Positions 1 through 12,862 of a stretch of DNA of 64,000 nt are shown in pieces. The stretch comes from Octopus sinensis (Eukaryota): NCBI RefSeq assembly GCF_006345805.1, contig NC_043000.1, forward strand, positions 60,884,001-60,948,000, read 5' to 3'. The position numbers and the translations under genes are program-made. The first letter of the stretch is position 1. Every line of letters starts with the position of its first letter. The notes beneath the pieces were generated by a model, which was not told the origin of the DNA, searched no databases, and saw only the letters and a list, made by a program, of their open reading frames with translations.

Positions 1-1308
1 GGCTGGGATTAGCGTATTACACAAAACGTAAAACATCAATCTTCAGCTTTTGTAGAGTAGCGCCGGCCCTGGTTGGGAAGCAAGCCTCTTGCCACACAGC
101 CATGCCTGTGCCTATACACAGATTTGATTAAAGAAAAGGTAAGCAATGGTTTTTCTATATTCTTAACTTTAAAACATTCTTAACTTTCTATGTGAAGTAG
201 GCCAGTAATTTCTCATTTGCACCCGCCACATGAGTATCACGAAGTGAGAAAAAGAAAAATGAAAAAGAACTCTAAAATTTTAGGAATGCCCCGACTAATG
301 CGCTCTTTATTCTTAAAACTGTAGGGTGACTTAAGCAATTCAGTGGTTATTTATTGTAGGTTGAGTACAGTGGATAGGCTCCTTCATCTGTTTGTCTTAT
401 GTTTTGTGCAGAGTTCTGAGTTCAAGTCTGGTAGAATCGATTTTTATCAATCTTTCTGGTCATCCTGTTAGTATTTATAAAAGAAATACCAACATCTCTT
501 CGCCGAAGTCGAGATCTTGTGATATGATACGTCACGATACGATATCACAAGTGGCGAAACAGACAAATGAAGATTACAACACCTTAGGTCTTGTGAATCT
601 GCTGAATAATAAAAGCACACACACACACATATCCCTTGTACATCAAAATCGATCAGAGATCACCATTACGATCATCATATCATCAATGCAGATTTTAGAG
701 GTGAAAATTCAGAAAAGTGAAACTAACTGAAAAATAAAGGATAATTCAGCATCTTTAATTTTACAAATTAACAATTAGATATACTAGCCAACATTAATTA
801 AAATGTTGTAAGGTGTATTTATCAACCATATGGTATAATGATAAACACTGACCGCCACAAAATTTATGCCGTCTTCAGCTTATTGGCTAGATGCCAATAC
901 AAATAATTGTTTGTTAAACCCAGATCATGTCCGGCCGAACAAGCCTATGATGAGAGCTGGATTAATCATTAAACAAAACCAGCAGCATGTGCTTACAGCA
1001 CAGAAAGAATGGTGGGGAAGCACAGAATGTTTTCCAGTATTAGATTTACCATGTTGGAAATGGTAAATTATAACTTTCTTTTAATGTATAAAAAAGTGCT
1101 GTATGCCTTAGTTATAAGCAAATAATTTGCATATATTACTGTTATTTAACGTTAAATAGAATTAAAGAAAAGCAAATTCATAGCATTGGATATTCATTTA
1201 AGTGAGATCACAAGAATCCTGTGTGTATGCAAGCTGCTGGTATGTAATAGAACAGCCAACTGTTTTTGATAAATCGTGGATGGAAGAACTGGTAGATAAA
1301 TAAACACC

Positions 1309-1490
1309 AGGTGCAGGTATGACTGTGTGGTTAGAAGCTTGCTTCCCAACCACATGGTTCCAGGTTCAGTCCTACTGCATGGCACTTTGGGCAACTGTCT
1401 TCTACTATAGCCTCGGTCTGATCAAAGCTTTGTGAGTGGATTTGGTAGGCGGAAACTAAAAGAAGCCCATTGTATATATGTGTGTGTGTA
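1309..1490 (+). mobile_element. SINE family A 5' half
   Basis: Matches the head of 57379. Further partial copies lie at about 73-113, 6520-6650, 28745-29235, 32330-32500, 37652-37836, 45700-45820, 48838-49001 and 62630-62695. Confidence 0.8.
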
Positions 1491-2344
1491 TCTAGTAACT
1501 GAAGATTTTGTTGTCTGTGGAATGTCTGATTCTACCATCTTAAGAATCCTTGCTTTATCAGATAGCTCTTATAGTGACAGTGCTTTATCAGTTTACACGT
1601 TTCACTTTTGCATTTGATTTATGAAAAGCACCACTTCAAGCCATTATTCAGTACACCTTGTCATTATTCACTTTGTTCTGATCCAAAATCTGTTCATATT
1701 AGCTGTGATACTCAATTTAGAAAACTGAACTTGGGGAATTTTTTAAGCTGGAATGTTTATATGGCTAAAAATGGATTCCTTGCCATTCATCATCAAAAGA
1801 ACAAAATTAATGATACAGTGGAGTGATATGGTAAACCACACAGTTACATCAGACACAAACAACTACAATTACTTTAATGAATAGATCATGGCCTTCTAGA
1901 ACTTTAAAGTTGCAATAATCTCAAATCATAATGTTTTCCCAATACTGGAAAATAAAGTCTCAAGTGCCCCCACTTCTCTTGATGGTCTAAACACAGACTA
2001 ATACTTTTTAATGATCAATTAAGGTCTGCATATCAGAGTGGAAACTGAATATATATAAAAATTCATAAATTTAAAATAAGCATATTCTTATTGAAGGTAG
2101 ACTTGTCTTTATGTTTTTTGTTGTTTAATCTATAGGCAATTGACATTCTTTAAGAGTAAGCAATAATGGGAAAATTAGATCCATAATCATGACAAAAACC
2201 TGTGTATAGATATTAACAATGAATAACCGGGCATTTACAACACTACCATATCATATACTGTATACAGTTTTGATATCTATAAACTGTACCAGTACATGTC
2301 ATTCTTACTAGCTTCATCAGTCCTTAGTAGCCCAATAAAGTTTT

Positions 2345-2545
2345 CCACCACTTGTATGGACATGTGATACATATGGATGAGAATAACTGTGTAAAGAAGT
2401 GCTGAGCACTAAATGTGAATGGAGTTTAGTAGAAGAGGGAAACCCAGGTAGATATGGTGAAAGATAATATGAGGACATTGAACCTCAGAGATGATGATAA
2501 GGGATTGGGAAGACCAGTGCATGAGATTCTTGAGAAAACCTGCCC
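2345..2545 (+). pseudogene. RTE-type LINE ORF 3' end remnant
   Basis: Translation LYGHVIHMDENNCVKKC*ALNV ... RRGKPR ... VKDNMRTLNL, resembling the WFGHV.RM...RGRPR..W motif of RTE C-termini. Confidence 0.7.
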
Positions 2546-2652
2546 AAAGCAGCAAAACTAATTTTTGAAAGTGTTGTGTGTTTGTATGTATGAGTGTATG
2601 TATGTATGTATGTATTCATACATACATGCACTCATACATACATACATACATA

Positions 2653-3939
2653 CAGGGTGCGATGGGTAAATTGTCGCCATTTTAGATTTTTAATTTTACG
2701 CATGTGTATGGTTTGTTTTTGATTTTGTCGGCTACACATTATAGTAGGGTCAGTTGGGAAAAACAGCACCATGACACGATTCACTTGCCAGAAATTTGGA
2801 AATGACATGCTGTGCTGATTGGCATTCATGCCAGAATCTCCATTACAAACATATCAGAGTGTTTGAGTCTCAATCTGAGGACAGTGCTAAGGATTTGGAA
2901 AGGGTTGGATGAGTCTGATGGTGATTACAAAGGTACAGCAGTTCGGAAAACTCACTCCAATCGTTCTAATAAGAAAAGAACTCCTGAATTTGTGGGTAAG
3001 ATTGAGCCTATGATTGACAACAATCCCTCCAAGTCAATCAGTCCATTACTAGGGACATGGGAGTGTCTGAGTTTCTTATCAAGCAGGTATTGCATGAAAA
3101 CATTCGGTATTCCTCATTCAAGATGAGAAAGGGCCAATTTTTATCTCAAACCATCAAAGACAAGAGGAAAAACTGTGCTATGAAACTTTTGAATAAACTC
3201 AAGCATCCCTCCAACTGAACATGCTTTGGTTTTTCTCAGATGAGAAAAATTTCTGCCAGGGTCAGATGGTGAACACACAGAACAACTGTTGGCCTGCCAT
3301 GTCCCCAAAATATGTACCAAGAGTGATAAAAATCAAACATCCAGTCTACATCATGGTGTTTGGAGTGATCACTAGTGATGGTGATGTTATGCTTTCATTC
3401 GTCTTCACACACGGCCTCAGACATAGAACGGAGGCCTACATCAAGTGCCTGGAGGAGGTAGTGCTGTCCTAGGTCAAGAAGGTGGCTGCTGGAAGACCCT
3501 ATGTCTGGCAACAGGACTCTGCACCATACCACACAAGCAGGAGAACCCAGTCATGGTTGCCAGACAATTTCTGCGACCACATCACCCATAACATCTGGCC
3601 ACCTAACTTCCCAGACTGCAATCCCCTTGTTTATTATGTGTGGGGTGCAGATGAGTGAGAGCCCAACAAAATTCCTTGTAACACCAAAGATGAACTGAAG
3701 GCAAGGATTCTGGCAGCATTAACCAACTTAAACAAGGAGACCATCCAGAAGAGTTGCAGGAGATTCTGGAGTCGTCTGGAGGCCGTGGTTGAAACCAATG
3801 ACGATTTTATTGAATAAATTTACTCTTTAGTATTTCAAGATATTTTTATGTAATTTTGGTAAATATATCTGTTAAATGAGATGTCAGTGTTATTTTCATT
3901 TTTGCGTAATTTAGATGGCAGTTTATTCATCGCATCCTG
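2653..3939 (+). mobile_element. Tc1/mariner superfamily DNA transposon, DD37D (maT/Bmmar1-like), near full length, inactive
   Basis: Imperfect TIRs CAGGGTGCGATGGGTAAA (2653) and, as reverse complement, CAGGATGCGATGAATAAA (ends 3939), both flanked by TA. The broken transposase is spread over ORFs 2812-3126 and 3221-3472 and further downstream: WFFSDEKNF...VWQQDSAPYH...WPPNFPDCNPL(V)YYVWG. There are 37 residues between the 2nd D and the position of the 3rd D, which is mutated to V. Frameshifts and internal stops are present. Confidence 0.92.
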
Positions 3940-5522
3940 TATATATGTATGAATGAATGAGTGTATTTGTACAAACACACACACACATAACTGGGCCCTT
4001 TGCCCAATTTCTCTTTCAAGACACACCCACCTCCTTTCATCTCTCTAACTGCAGCTTTTCTTTGAGACAGTAATCTTTCTCACAACTGGGAACCATAGTG
4101 TCCTCTACCCACAGTTTATCTTGACACCATCCTCTCCTGAGCTGTCAAATCATTTTACCTTCTCCAATACTGTATACCTCTCTCACTCACTCCATACCCT
4201 ATGCATAGTAACTACCATTTCCCCACACATATGCTTGCAATGTACCCAACCACTTGTCTTCTGTCTGTCTGTTTCATCTCTCTCTCTCTCATCCTTCCTC
4301 TGTTTACTGTATCATCATTACTATTTTTGCAACTCTCAGTTCCACACTTCATTGGTCAGACTTAACCCTTATCCACCTTCAGCTCTATCCAATCTCTACA
4401 GTTGTCACCTACTTCCCTTACTCATATCATTCATTTAACACTTCATTCGTTATATTCACCCCCTCACCATCTCTCCCATGCACACTTGCAACATCTACTC
4501 ACCCACAATCCCATTTCTTCTGGACCCATTTACTTCTACTCACCTTGTACACTGAAGATCTACACAGACATATCTTCATCTCTATTATATTTCTTGACTG
4601 CTCCACCCAATCACCTCTCCTTCTCTTCCAAAATGTAACTAGCCATGTAGCCCCTCTACAGCAAGAAACCTGTTCTGATCTTATTTCTTCATCTCCTAGC
4701 ATAAACCTACCTCTCAGTGGGTTCGTAGTCCTGTAAGCTGCATGGCAACCTCACTAGTGCTGGTGCTATGAGAAAAAGCACACAGTACATGCTGTAAAGT
4801 GGTTGGCATTATTAAAGGCTTCAAGCTGTAGAAATCATGATGCAGGCTTTAGGCCCATCAGATTTTGTCAAACTGTCTGACCCATGCTTGCATGGAACAT
4901 GGATGTTAAATGATGATGATATACGTATAAATGATATGCATGTGTGTGTGGGATTTAGGAAAAATATATTTTCTTTTTTTGGTCTGATGAATAGCTAATA
5001 GGAGATCTCTTAGATGTTTTTCCTTATGTATCCCTATATAACTCCTACTGGTAAAAAAAAAACGTATTTAATACAGAATAAATATCAAAAGAATTTTCCC
5101 AGTTTTTTCGTTTTAATATATAATTACTCAGCAATAAATATCTACCAGTATTTTTAACTCTCATATAAGTCATATCATCTACAAATATACTTTGGAGAAC
5201 TGAAATATGCAGATGTGTTTCATGAGGATACAACTTGGATTATAACCCTATCTGCACACTATAAATATACATGTGTTAGTATAACATTTGTATTGTTAGC
5301 ATGCCAGGCGAAATGCTTAGCATCATGTCATCTATCGTTATGTTCTGGGTTCCAGTTCTGCCAAGGTTGATTTGGTCTTTCAAACTTTAAAAATGAAATA
5401 ATTACCAGTTGAAGACTGGGATTGATATAATCAACTAGTTCTGCCTCACATTCCAAAATTGGTGGCTTTGTGCCAAAAACTGAAACCAATATTATGTGTG
5501 TGTGTGTATACATATATATATA

Positions 5523-5743
5523 TGCGAGGGGGTGTTGAAAAGTTCCTGGTTTTGTATAAAAGAAAATACAGGAATATCAGTGAATTATGATTTTATCCAA
5601 CATATTTCACTTTCAGATTCACACATTTATTGCAGTAGTCTTTCTGTTTTTCTAAGTCCTGTAAAGGAACTCGGAAAGGTTGGGCCTCCAACTAAGCCTT
5701 TCATGAAACTCTTAAAGCTAGGTACTTTTGAGCACCCCTTTGG
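5523..5743. mobile_element. mariner-type MITE
   Basis: Ends CGAGGGGGTGTTGAAAAGTTCCTGG and, as reverse complement, CAAAGGGGTGCTCAAAAGTACCTAG. About 220 bp, in TA-rich flanks, no coding capacity. Confidence 0.7.
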
Positions 5744-5754
5744 ATATATATATA

Positions 5755-6498
5755 TGGGGCTGGAATTAGACATGGTGGGGCCTCTGGACCAAATTGTAGG
5801 GAGACCCCTACAATTTTGCATATGTAATTTGCTACTGTTTAGATGTCTAAGGTCAATCATATTGTGCATGTCAAAGGTAATAAACAAATTTGTTTTCCTC
5901 AACCAAGACTATAAACTATAAGAATATGTATGGCTAAAAAAACAATGTTAATAATCTAAACACAAAGAATATTTATAATTTCATATCAATTTTGTATTTT
6001 TCAAATAAAATTTTTAATAGGTATTCTATGATTTTAATGGCTGCCAGCACTTTGATAGTTTCTGACATATTGCCTTGTTCATTTATTTGGATTACAGTGC
6101 TGTTGACAGCAGAAGAAAATAAGTGCTAAGTATTTAAAAAAAAAAAAACAATACTAAAAAAGGAGCTACTCCAAAACAGCAAGAGAGCTCCATTAAATCG
6201 AGGAGCCCCAAACAGTTTGAAACTTAAAAGGGACTTGGTGGATTCAGAGGGACTCAGTTAAATTTAACGACCTTTTTAAATCTAAAAGGGCCTAATAGAT
6301 CAAAAGAAGGCTTATTTTTTTTAAAAGAACTCTACAGAATTAAAAAAAAAATCAACTAAGTAAAAAAAGAAGATTATAATTTATTTATGTTTGATGTACA
6401 TATATTTAAAAATTTTTAACTCTAGGGTTTAGGCTCCTCTGAGTTAAAAGGGTCCTTGGCCATGACCCATATATGCCCTTACATAAATGCAGCCCTGT
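5755..6498. mobile_element. hAT-like non-autonomous DNA transposon (degenerate)
   Basis: Left end TGGGGCTGGAATTA, right end as reverse complement CAGGGCTGCATTTA, resembling CAGGGC-type hAT termini. No ORF. TSD not identified. Confidence 0.4.
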
Positions 6499-6765
6499 AT
6501 ACATTCCTAATACATATATACATATACAGTTAGGAAATTTGCCTCTTAGTCATGGGGTTCTATGTTTGGCCCCACTGTGTGATGCTCTGGGCAAGTGCAG
6601 ACCAAAGCAATGTAAGTAGATTTGGTAAACAGAAAATGAAAGAAGCACTTATCTTCCAGCCATAATCTAGTTAATATTTTTTGATCTTTTTAAAATACAT
6701 TTATTTTTGGATGGAATGCTGTTTTCTTTTCCTTCTATGCACATTCAAATTTAATCTGAGCGCCC

Positions 6766-6810
<45 letters not shown>

Positions 6811-6884
6811 ACACATACATTTACGGATCGGATGCAGAACGTGTTTGTGCATGCCTCAATTTCTTGACATTAATTTCTTGATAT

Positions 6885-7100
6885 ATTTGTAAACTAGTAT
6901 CTCCGTCATACAAGTGGTTTCTCTCGCTTCCAATTTTCCATGTGAACACGTCCAGCCATGTGAAAATATTACCTTGCTTGGAAACAGGTGAGGAATGGCA
7001 ACAGGAAGTGCATCAGGCCGTAGAAAATTTTCCTCAACGAATTCTGTCTCATCCCATAAAAGCATGGAAAATTAGACGTTAAAATGACGACGACGATAAT
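6885..7100 (+). mobile_element. RTE-LINE-type 3' tail repeat
   Basis: GCATCAGGCCGTAGAAAA...CCCATAAAAGCATGGAAAATTAGACGTTAAAATGACGACG with a (GAT/GAC)n tail. Relatives at about 4715-4920, 12460-12560, 19625-19815(-), 21990-22110, 55400-55540 and 61690-61885. Confidence 0.6.
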
Positions 7101-7479
7101 GATACACATACACACATATACATACATTCATGCGTATATACATATATTCGCACATACATACATATTTATACACAAATGCACATAAGCATAAGCATATTTA
7201 TATAGAAAACTATATATACATATATCTACACACATGCAAGAAAAAGAATATAAGTATGTATATTGAGATAACGTTAGACATAAAAATATAGACAAAAATA
7301 ATCGACATGTAACCACGCATGTATATACATAAATATGTCTGTGTGTTTACGTATAAATATGTATGTGTATATGTATACAAATGTGTGCGCGCGTATATAT
7401 ATATATACATATATATATGCGCGCATCTTTGGTGTAAAAATGCAGAGGGTGAATAAATGATAACACGAACATTACTCAC

Positions 7480-7500
7480 GTCACTCTCCGCATAACTCAT
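7480..7500 (-). CDS. candidate first coding segment of an unidentified minus-strand gene (MSYAESD)
   Basis: CAACATGAGTTATGCGGAGAGTGAC followed by donor GTGAGT (7479-7474). It lies in a candidate exon 7480-7667 with acceptor TACAG, within a CpG-rich region. No downstream exon was identified in the window. Confidence 0.4.
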
Positions 7501-7910
7501 GTTGGAAAATACTCAAAACGTAAAAATAAGGGAAGAAAATTTAAATACACTCTATAGGTTGAGTGTTGGCTTCCACCTTAACCCCTCTCTCCATGAGTTT
7601 GGTAGAAATGCGGGTGGTTGCGGCGGCTGCGGTGAAGGTAGTGGTGTGTAACAGACCTTTCTTCCACCTGTATAGATGCACACACACGCATACATATATA
7701 TATGTAAATAGTTCACAAATATGTATGTGTGTATGTATGTATGTATATATGTATGTATGTATGTATGTATATATGTATGTATTCCTTGTTTCACTCTCTG
7801 TTTCGAATGAGCCTACGACACCTTCGCCCACGTCGTATCAATCTCTAATGTCGACGGCGGCTGGGTTCGTAACTTTTTCGTTTGCTGTGATTTTACCTTC
7901 ACTCACTTAC

Positions 7911-8027
7911 AACGAAAGCTAGTAGCACTTTTCCCCCCTTATGTTTTCGTTACTGTTGCAGTTGATACTCTAATACTCTTTTTGTTGATGCGAAGGTTTC
8001 TAGCGTAAATGGATTGAATGAGATAGA
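7911..8027 (-). other. candidate upstream 5' UTR exon of the same gene
   Basis: Acceptor GCGTTTTCAG at 8028-8037 and donor GTAAGT at 7910-7905 on the minus strand. Unique, CpG-containing sequence. Confidence 0.3.
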
Positions 8028-8129
8028 CTGAAAACGCACACAGATATATAGATAGATTGTGTGCGTATGTGTGTGTGTGTGAGAGGGAGAGAGAGAGAAA
8101 GAGAGAGAGAGAGAGAAAGAGAGAGCGAA

Positions 8130-8160
<31 letters not shown>

Positions 8161-8841
8161 TAATCACGTATTGTATAAGAATTAGGTAAAGTAACTTATA
8201 TAAATCAAGGCTGCGCAAACTTCCACACAAATATATACATTAATGTAGATATGCATATGTATTATTGTATGTGCGCGTGCGTGTGCGCGCGTGATACACT
8301 GATGTATACGAAACACATTAAATTGAGTGGCGACTTTAATCAGAGGTGAGGATAGGTTAAGTCGATTGTCAATAAAGATGAAGAGAAAATAATTTCGAGA
8401 GAAAGAGAACAGGTGCAAAGATGGAAAGTAGATAGCAAGACTTTAGAACCGAAACAGATAGATAGATAGACAGACAGACAGATAGAGGGGGGGGGGCAGG
8501 GAAAGAGATGGAGAGAGAAAGAGAAAAAAAGAGAGGTAGAAGTCGATAGGAGAAAAAAAAAGGAAGGTGTGAAGGAAAGAGAGGTATATTACCGTTAGAA
8601 AGATGAAAATGGGGAAGAGATTAATATGCGTTCATTGTGATTGGCATAGATAGATAGGTAGATATAAAGGGAAACTGAGAAGTAGTATTAGTCATTGGTT
8701 AAAAAGAGATTAGAAAAGACTAATGAATATAGGAAAGAAAATGACAGCATCAAAGTCACACACACACATACATATATACACGCACATATATATATGTATG
8801 TATATTATATATATGTATATCATATATATATATACTGTTTT

Positions 8842-8879
<38 letters not shown>

Positions 8880-8959
8880 AAAACAGTATAAAATGGTGAA
8901 ACGATTGTCGAGAGATGGAAGAATATGAAGTCAGAGGGCTAAACACTAATTTCAAGAGA

Positions 8960-9066
8960 TAGATTGATATATTGATAGATTGATAGATAGATTGATAGAT
9001 AGGTAGGTAGGTAGGTAGGTAGGTAGGTAGGTAGGTAGGTAGATAGGTAGGTAGGTAGGTAGGTAG

Positions 9067-9147
<81 letters not shown>

Positions 9148-9200
9148 GGATGGATGGATGGATAACTGGCTAGCTAGCTAGATAGGTAGATAAAGTAAAA
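8960..9200. repeat. compound (GATA)n/(GGTA)n/(GGAT)n microsatellite
   Basis: Directly visible. Confidence 0.95.
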
Positions 9201-9384
9201 AGTGGGAGAAAGGGATAAAGCTTTATAGGTAGTAATGAGATGAGGTAGGTAAATTATAAACAAAAGAGACCTAATACTGGCGTGTATAAAAATAGACACA
9301 TGTACATATACATACACATCTGCGCACAACCCTTATGTTATACACTTTCAGAGCTCTGTCTCTGTTTATCTGCCAGAGAGTGTA

Positions 9385-9439
<55 letters not shown>

Positions 9440-9488
9440 ATGTATGTATGTATGTATATATTTGTGTGTGTGTATGTATATGTATATA

Positions 9489-9537
<49 letters not shown>

Positions 9538-9647
9538 ATATACATACATATATATATATATGTATACATATATGCATACACACACAAACACATAGATGAA
9601 TACGCACTATACCGTTGAAGACGTTTATTGTAATTACTTAGGATGGA

Positions 9648-9720
9648 GTCTCATACATCGCCCACTGGCTGATGATAACATTAAGCAGAACGAAAACAAT
9701 ATTCTCAGTATGTTTGAGAC
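9648..9720 (+). ncRNA. decayed extended type I hammerhead ribozyme motif
   Basis: CUGAUGA 9669-9675, GAAA 9692-9695, UUC triplet 9702-9704. Stem I ACUGG/UCAGU, then a 5-nt bulge, then GUCUCAUACAU/AUGUUUGAGAC (10/11). Stem II is broken (UAAC/GAAC). Confidence 0.5.
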
Positions 9721-9794
9721 CCATTGATTTTGATCTTAATAGCCGTTTGATGACATTGTCTGATTGTAATAAGCAGTTTTCACTGTATACCATA

Positions 9795-9885
9795 CTGGTA
9801 GAAAGAAAGAAAGAAAGAAGGAAGGAAGGAAAGAAAGAAAGAAAGAAAGAAAGAAGGAAGGAAAGAAAGAAAGAAAGAAAAAAAG
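9795..9885. repeat. (GAAA)n/(GGAA)n microsatellite
   Basis: Directly visible. Confidence 0.9.
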
Positions 9886-10553
9886 GTAGGGGAAATTGTA
9901 TCTGTCAGGCAAGAAATCTAGAGTAGGTAAATATGCAAAGAAATACAGAGAGAGAGAGAAGCAACTGTTTACAAAATAAAAAATAAATAAGGTAAATATT
10001 GCCTGAAACACGATCTAAAAATGAAAGTAGACTGTGTACATGTGTTGCAAGCACAGTCAGGGATGTTTGAAACGAAGTACTTCTTGTAATCGAACATGGC
10101 ATAGATTTTATCTGTTACAGTACTGATATTTTTGTAAATGCTTTTCGTATCATAAATAGAAATACAAAAATTTTTTTAAAATCATATTTCTTTCAGATTG
10201 AAATCTTTATAAAATTATAAAAAAACATTTTGTTTTTAAAAATTACAGAAAATTGTAAAGAAAATTTTAAAATTATTAATTGAAAGTTATTTCAAAATCA
10301 GGGAGAATAGAAATAAAAAGAAAGAATAAAAACAAAAACAGATTTGAAAGCTTTACAATTTAAAATGGAGGTTATTTAAATAGTTAAAAATAAATGACTA
10401 TTGTTGGTTTATTCACTTTGTATGTTGGAGCACTTTGTATTTTTGCTATGGAAATATTCTCATTTAATCTATATGTTGACCTGGCACTTGGCTAATTTCT
10501 GCAACAGTGACTTAAACCTAGTTAAATCTTACTCTTGCATATTACTGGCTATT

Positions 10554-10776
10554 GAAGGCGGCAAGCTGGTAGAATTGTCAGCTTGCCAGGCAAAATGCTT
10601 AGCAGCATGTCATCCGTCTTTATGTTCTGAGTTCAAATTCCTCCGAGGTTGACTTTGCCCTTCATCCTTTCAGAGCTGATAAAATAAGTACCAGTTGAGC
10701 GCTGGAGGTCAATGTAATCGACTTACTCTCTCCCTCGAAGTTGCTGACCTTGTGCCGAAATTTGAAACCAGTATTA
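10554..10776 (+). mobile_element. SINE family B copy
   Basis: AAGGCGGCAAGCTGGTAGAATTG...GAGTTCAAATTCC...TTTGCCCTTCATCC. Other copies lie at about 5292-5493(+), 33485-33640(-), 37320-37505(-), 37885-38045(-), 38395-38595(-), 41245-41468(-), 42880-43097(-), 61310-61475(-) and 62385-62615(-). Confidence 0.8.
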
Positions 10777-11059
10777 CTTGGCTACTGAGCTGTCTTCAAA
10801 CAGGTAAAGAAAAGTAGTTGGCACCAACACAATCTGATCTAGGAATGCAGGAGGATAAAACCCATTTTTGCCTGCTGAGTTGAGTGGAGTGACATGAAAT
10901 GAAGTGTTTTGCTCAGGAATATGTCACTCGGTCTAGGAATGAAAGCCACAATCTTATGATCAGGAGTCCAACACCCTAACTAAGCCTCGTGCCTCTTCGT
11001 AGATGCGAGAGGCTGGATCTGGTGTCAAGTCTATTAATGCAACATGACTTGCAGAAAAT

Positions 11060-11576
11060 ACCATTATATTTTTTAGTAGGTGTTCAATATCATTACTGGA
11101 ATAACCATGAAGTTTTATCCTTGAAGTCTATCCAAAAGAGAATATTCAGCACAAAATGTGTACTTGCAATTAAACAACTGAGATTGGTCAATTGAGACAG
11201 ACCAATTCTCTTGCAAGACAATGCTTGACCACATGTTGCACAAAGAACACTATTCAAGTTACAGGAACTGAACTTGGAAGTACTCTGTCATCCACCATAT
11301 TCACCAGACCTTGCACCCACCGACTATCACATTTTCCAGGCATAAGACAACTTTTTGCAAGGAAAAAACTTCAAATCTAAAGAAGATTCAAAAACAGCCT
11401 TCTTGCTCTCCAGAATTCTATGTTGGCAGCATAAATAAGCTACTGATAAAATGGCAAAATCATGTTGATCATTTAGGTGCATACTTGTATTGCTTTAGGT
11501 GAATACTGTATTGCTTTTTATTGAGATAAAGTAAACTTTCAGCTCAAAATTGGACATTTCATTCTTCATGATCCAA
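11060..11576 (+). mobile_element. mariner DD34D 3' fragment
   Basis: Translation from 11202: PILLQDNA*PHVAQRTLFKLQELNLEVLCHPPYSPDLAPTDYHIF, giving D-34-D spacing with an internal stop. Confidence 0.85.
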
Positions 11577-11862
11577 GGTAGCAAACTGGTGGAATTATTA
11601 GAACATTGGATAGGATGCCTTATAGTATCTGCTCTGGTTCTGTGTAGTCTGATTTCAAATCCCACTTTCTGTCTCCAGAGAGAAAAAAAACTGGCACTTC
11701 GTTTGTGACTAACTGTAAAGAAATAAACCCCAACAGAAACACAGTTTCCTTGGTTCATTTGGAAAATTGGCTGCCATCACCATTAATGCATTGATTCTAT
11801 TTCTAATTAAATTCTAATTTTAATTATTATCTATTGTCTAACAATTTATTTTTAATCTTTTA

Positions 11863-12062
11863 CCCTTTGCTTGTTTCAGTCATTGGACTGTGGCCAAGCA
11901 GCAGAAATACCTTGAAGGTATTAACTCCAATACTTATTTTTAACCCTGGTACTTGTATTGATATATTTTGTTGAATCACTAAGTTACCGGGATGTAAAAA
12001 GACCTACGCTAGTTGCCAAGTAGTGGGAGGGGACAAACACACCCACACACCCACACACACAT

Positions 12063-12129
<67 letters not shown>

Positions 12130-12270
12130 AGGTTTCCATACAGTTTCTATCTAACAAATTCACTCACAAGGCATTGATCAGTTTGAGATTATAGTAAAAG
12201 ACATTTGCCCAAAGTGTTGTGCAGTGGAATTGAACCTGAAACTCCATGGTTGCAAAGTGAGCTTCAACAA
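11863..12270 (-). mobile_element. SINE family A copy with expanded (CA)n
   Basis: Colinear but decayed. Internal (CA)n at about 12040-12127. Confidence 0.75.
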
Positions 12271-12862
12271 ATTGCTTCATTTAAAATTAGTGAACATAGA
12301 ACTGCTGTAATTTAGCATAGTTTTTAGAGCATTGGACGAAATGCCTACATAATTTGTTATGGCGTTCTTAGTTCAAATTCCACTGAGATCAATTTTATGT
12401 TTCCATCCATCCAGGGTTAATAAAATAAAATCTCAGGAATAAGAGATATTTTTTTTTGAAAAATAGGTAAGAGATAACATCAGGAAGGGCACCTGAAGGT
12501 AAAACAATATTTCAACAATATATTTATCTAATTCATGCTAGCATGGAAAAATGGACATAAAAATAAATGCACATCACATAGTACATCTAAAATTACATTA
12601 TGAAATGTTTATGAATTTGTGTTGCCAGATTTTTGATTTGAAACCGTGTATTGAAACAGATATTGTTGTATTTTGAGATGGTCTTTTTTGTCTTCTTGCC
12701 AAATAAACATACACACTTTATATTTGTTCTTCACTCATTTATTACTGTTCTTATTTTATCTTATGTCTATTGTCTGGAAATCTATCTTCTGTCTTCTACA
12801 CATCATACAAATCTTCCATCTCTCACAAATCACACTTTCCTATCTTTTATTTTTTCTTAAGT

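Larger units (their letters stand above)
7100..8460. promoter_or_regulatory. CpG-rich island-like region (candidate promoter / 5' end)
   Basis: Visibly dense CpGs (GCGCGCG, GCGGCGGCTGCGG, GTCGACGGCGG, CGCCCACGTCG) in unique sequence. Elsewhere most repeat copies show CpG to TpG/CpA decay. Confidence 0.5.

Noticed and set aside
499-562. GGCGAAAC hairpin read as hammerhead stem II
   Set aside because: There is no CUGANGA upstream and no NUH triplet downstream. Kept only as a generic hairpin.
392-730. 112-aa ORF with TTG start
   Set aside because: No recognisable motif, it runs through a (CA)n tract, and non-ATG starts are not meaningful for this eukaryotic DNA.
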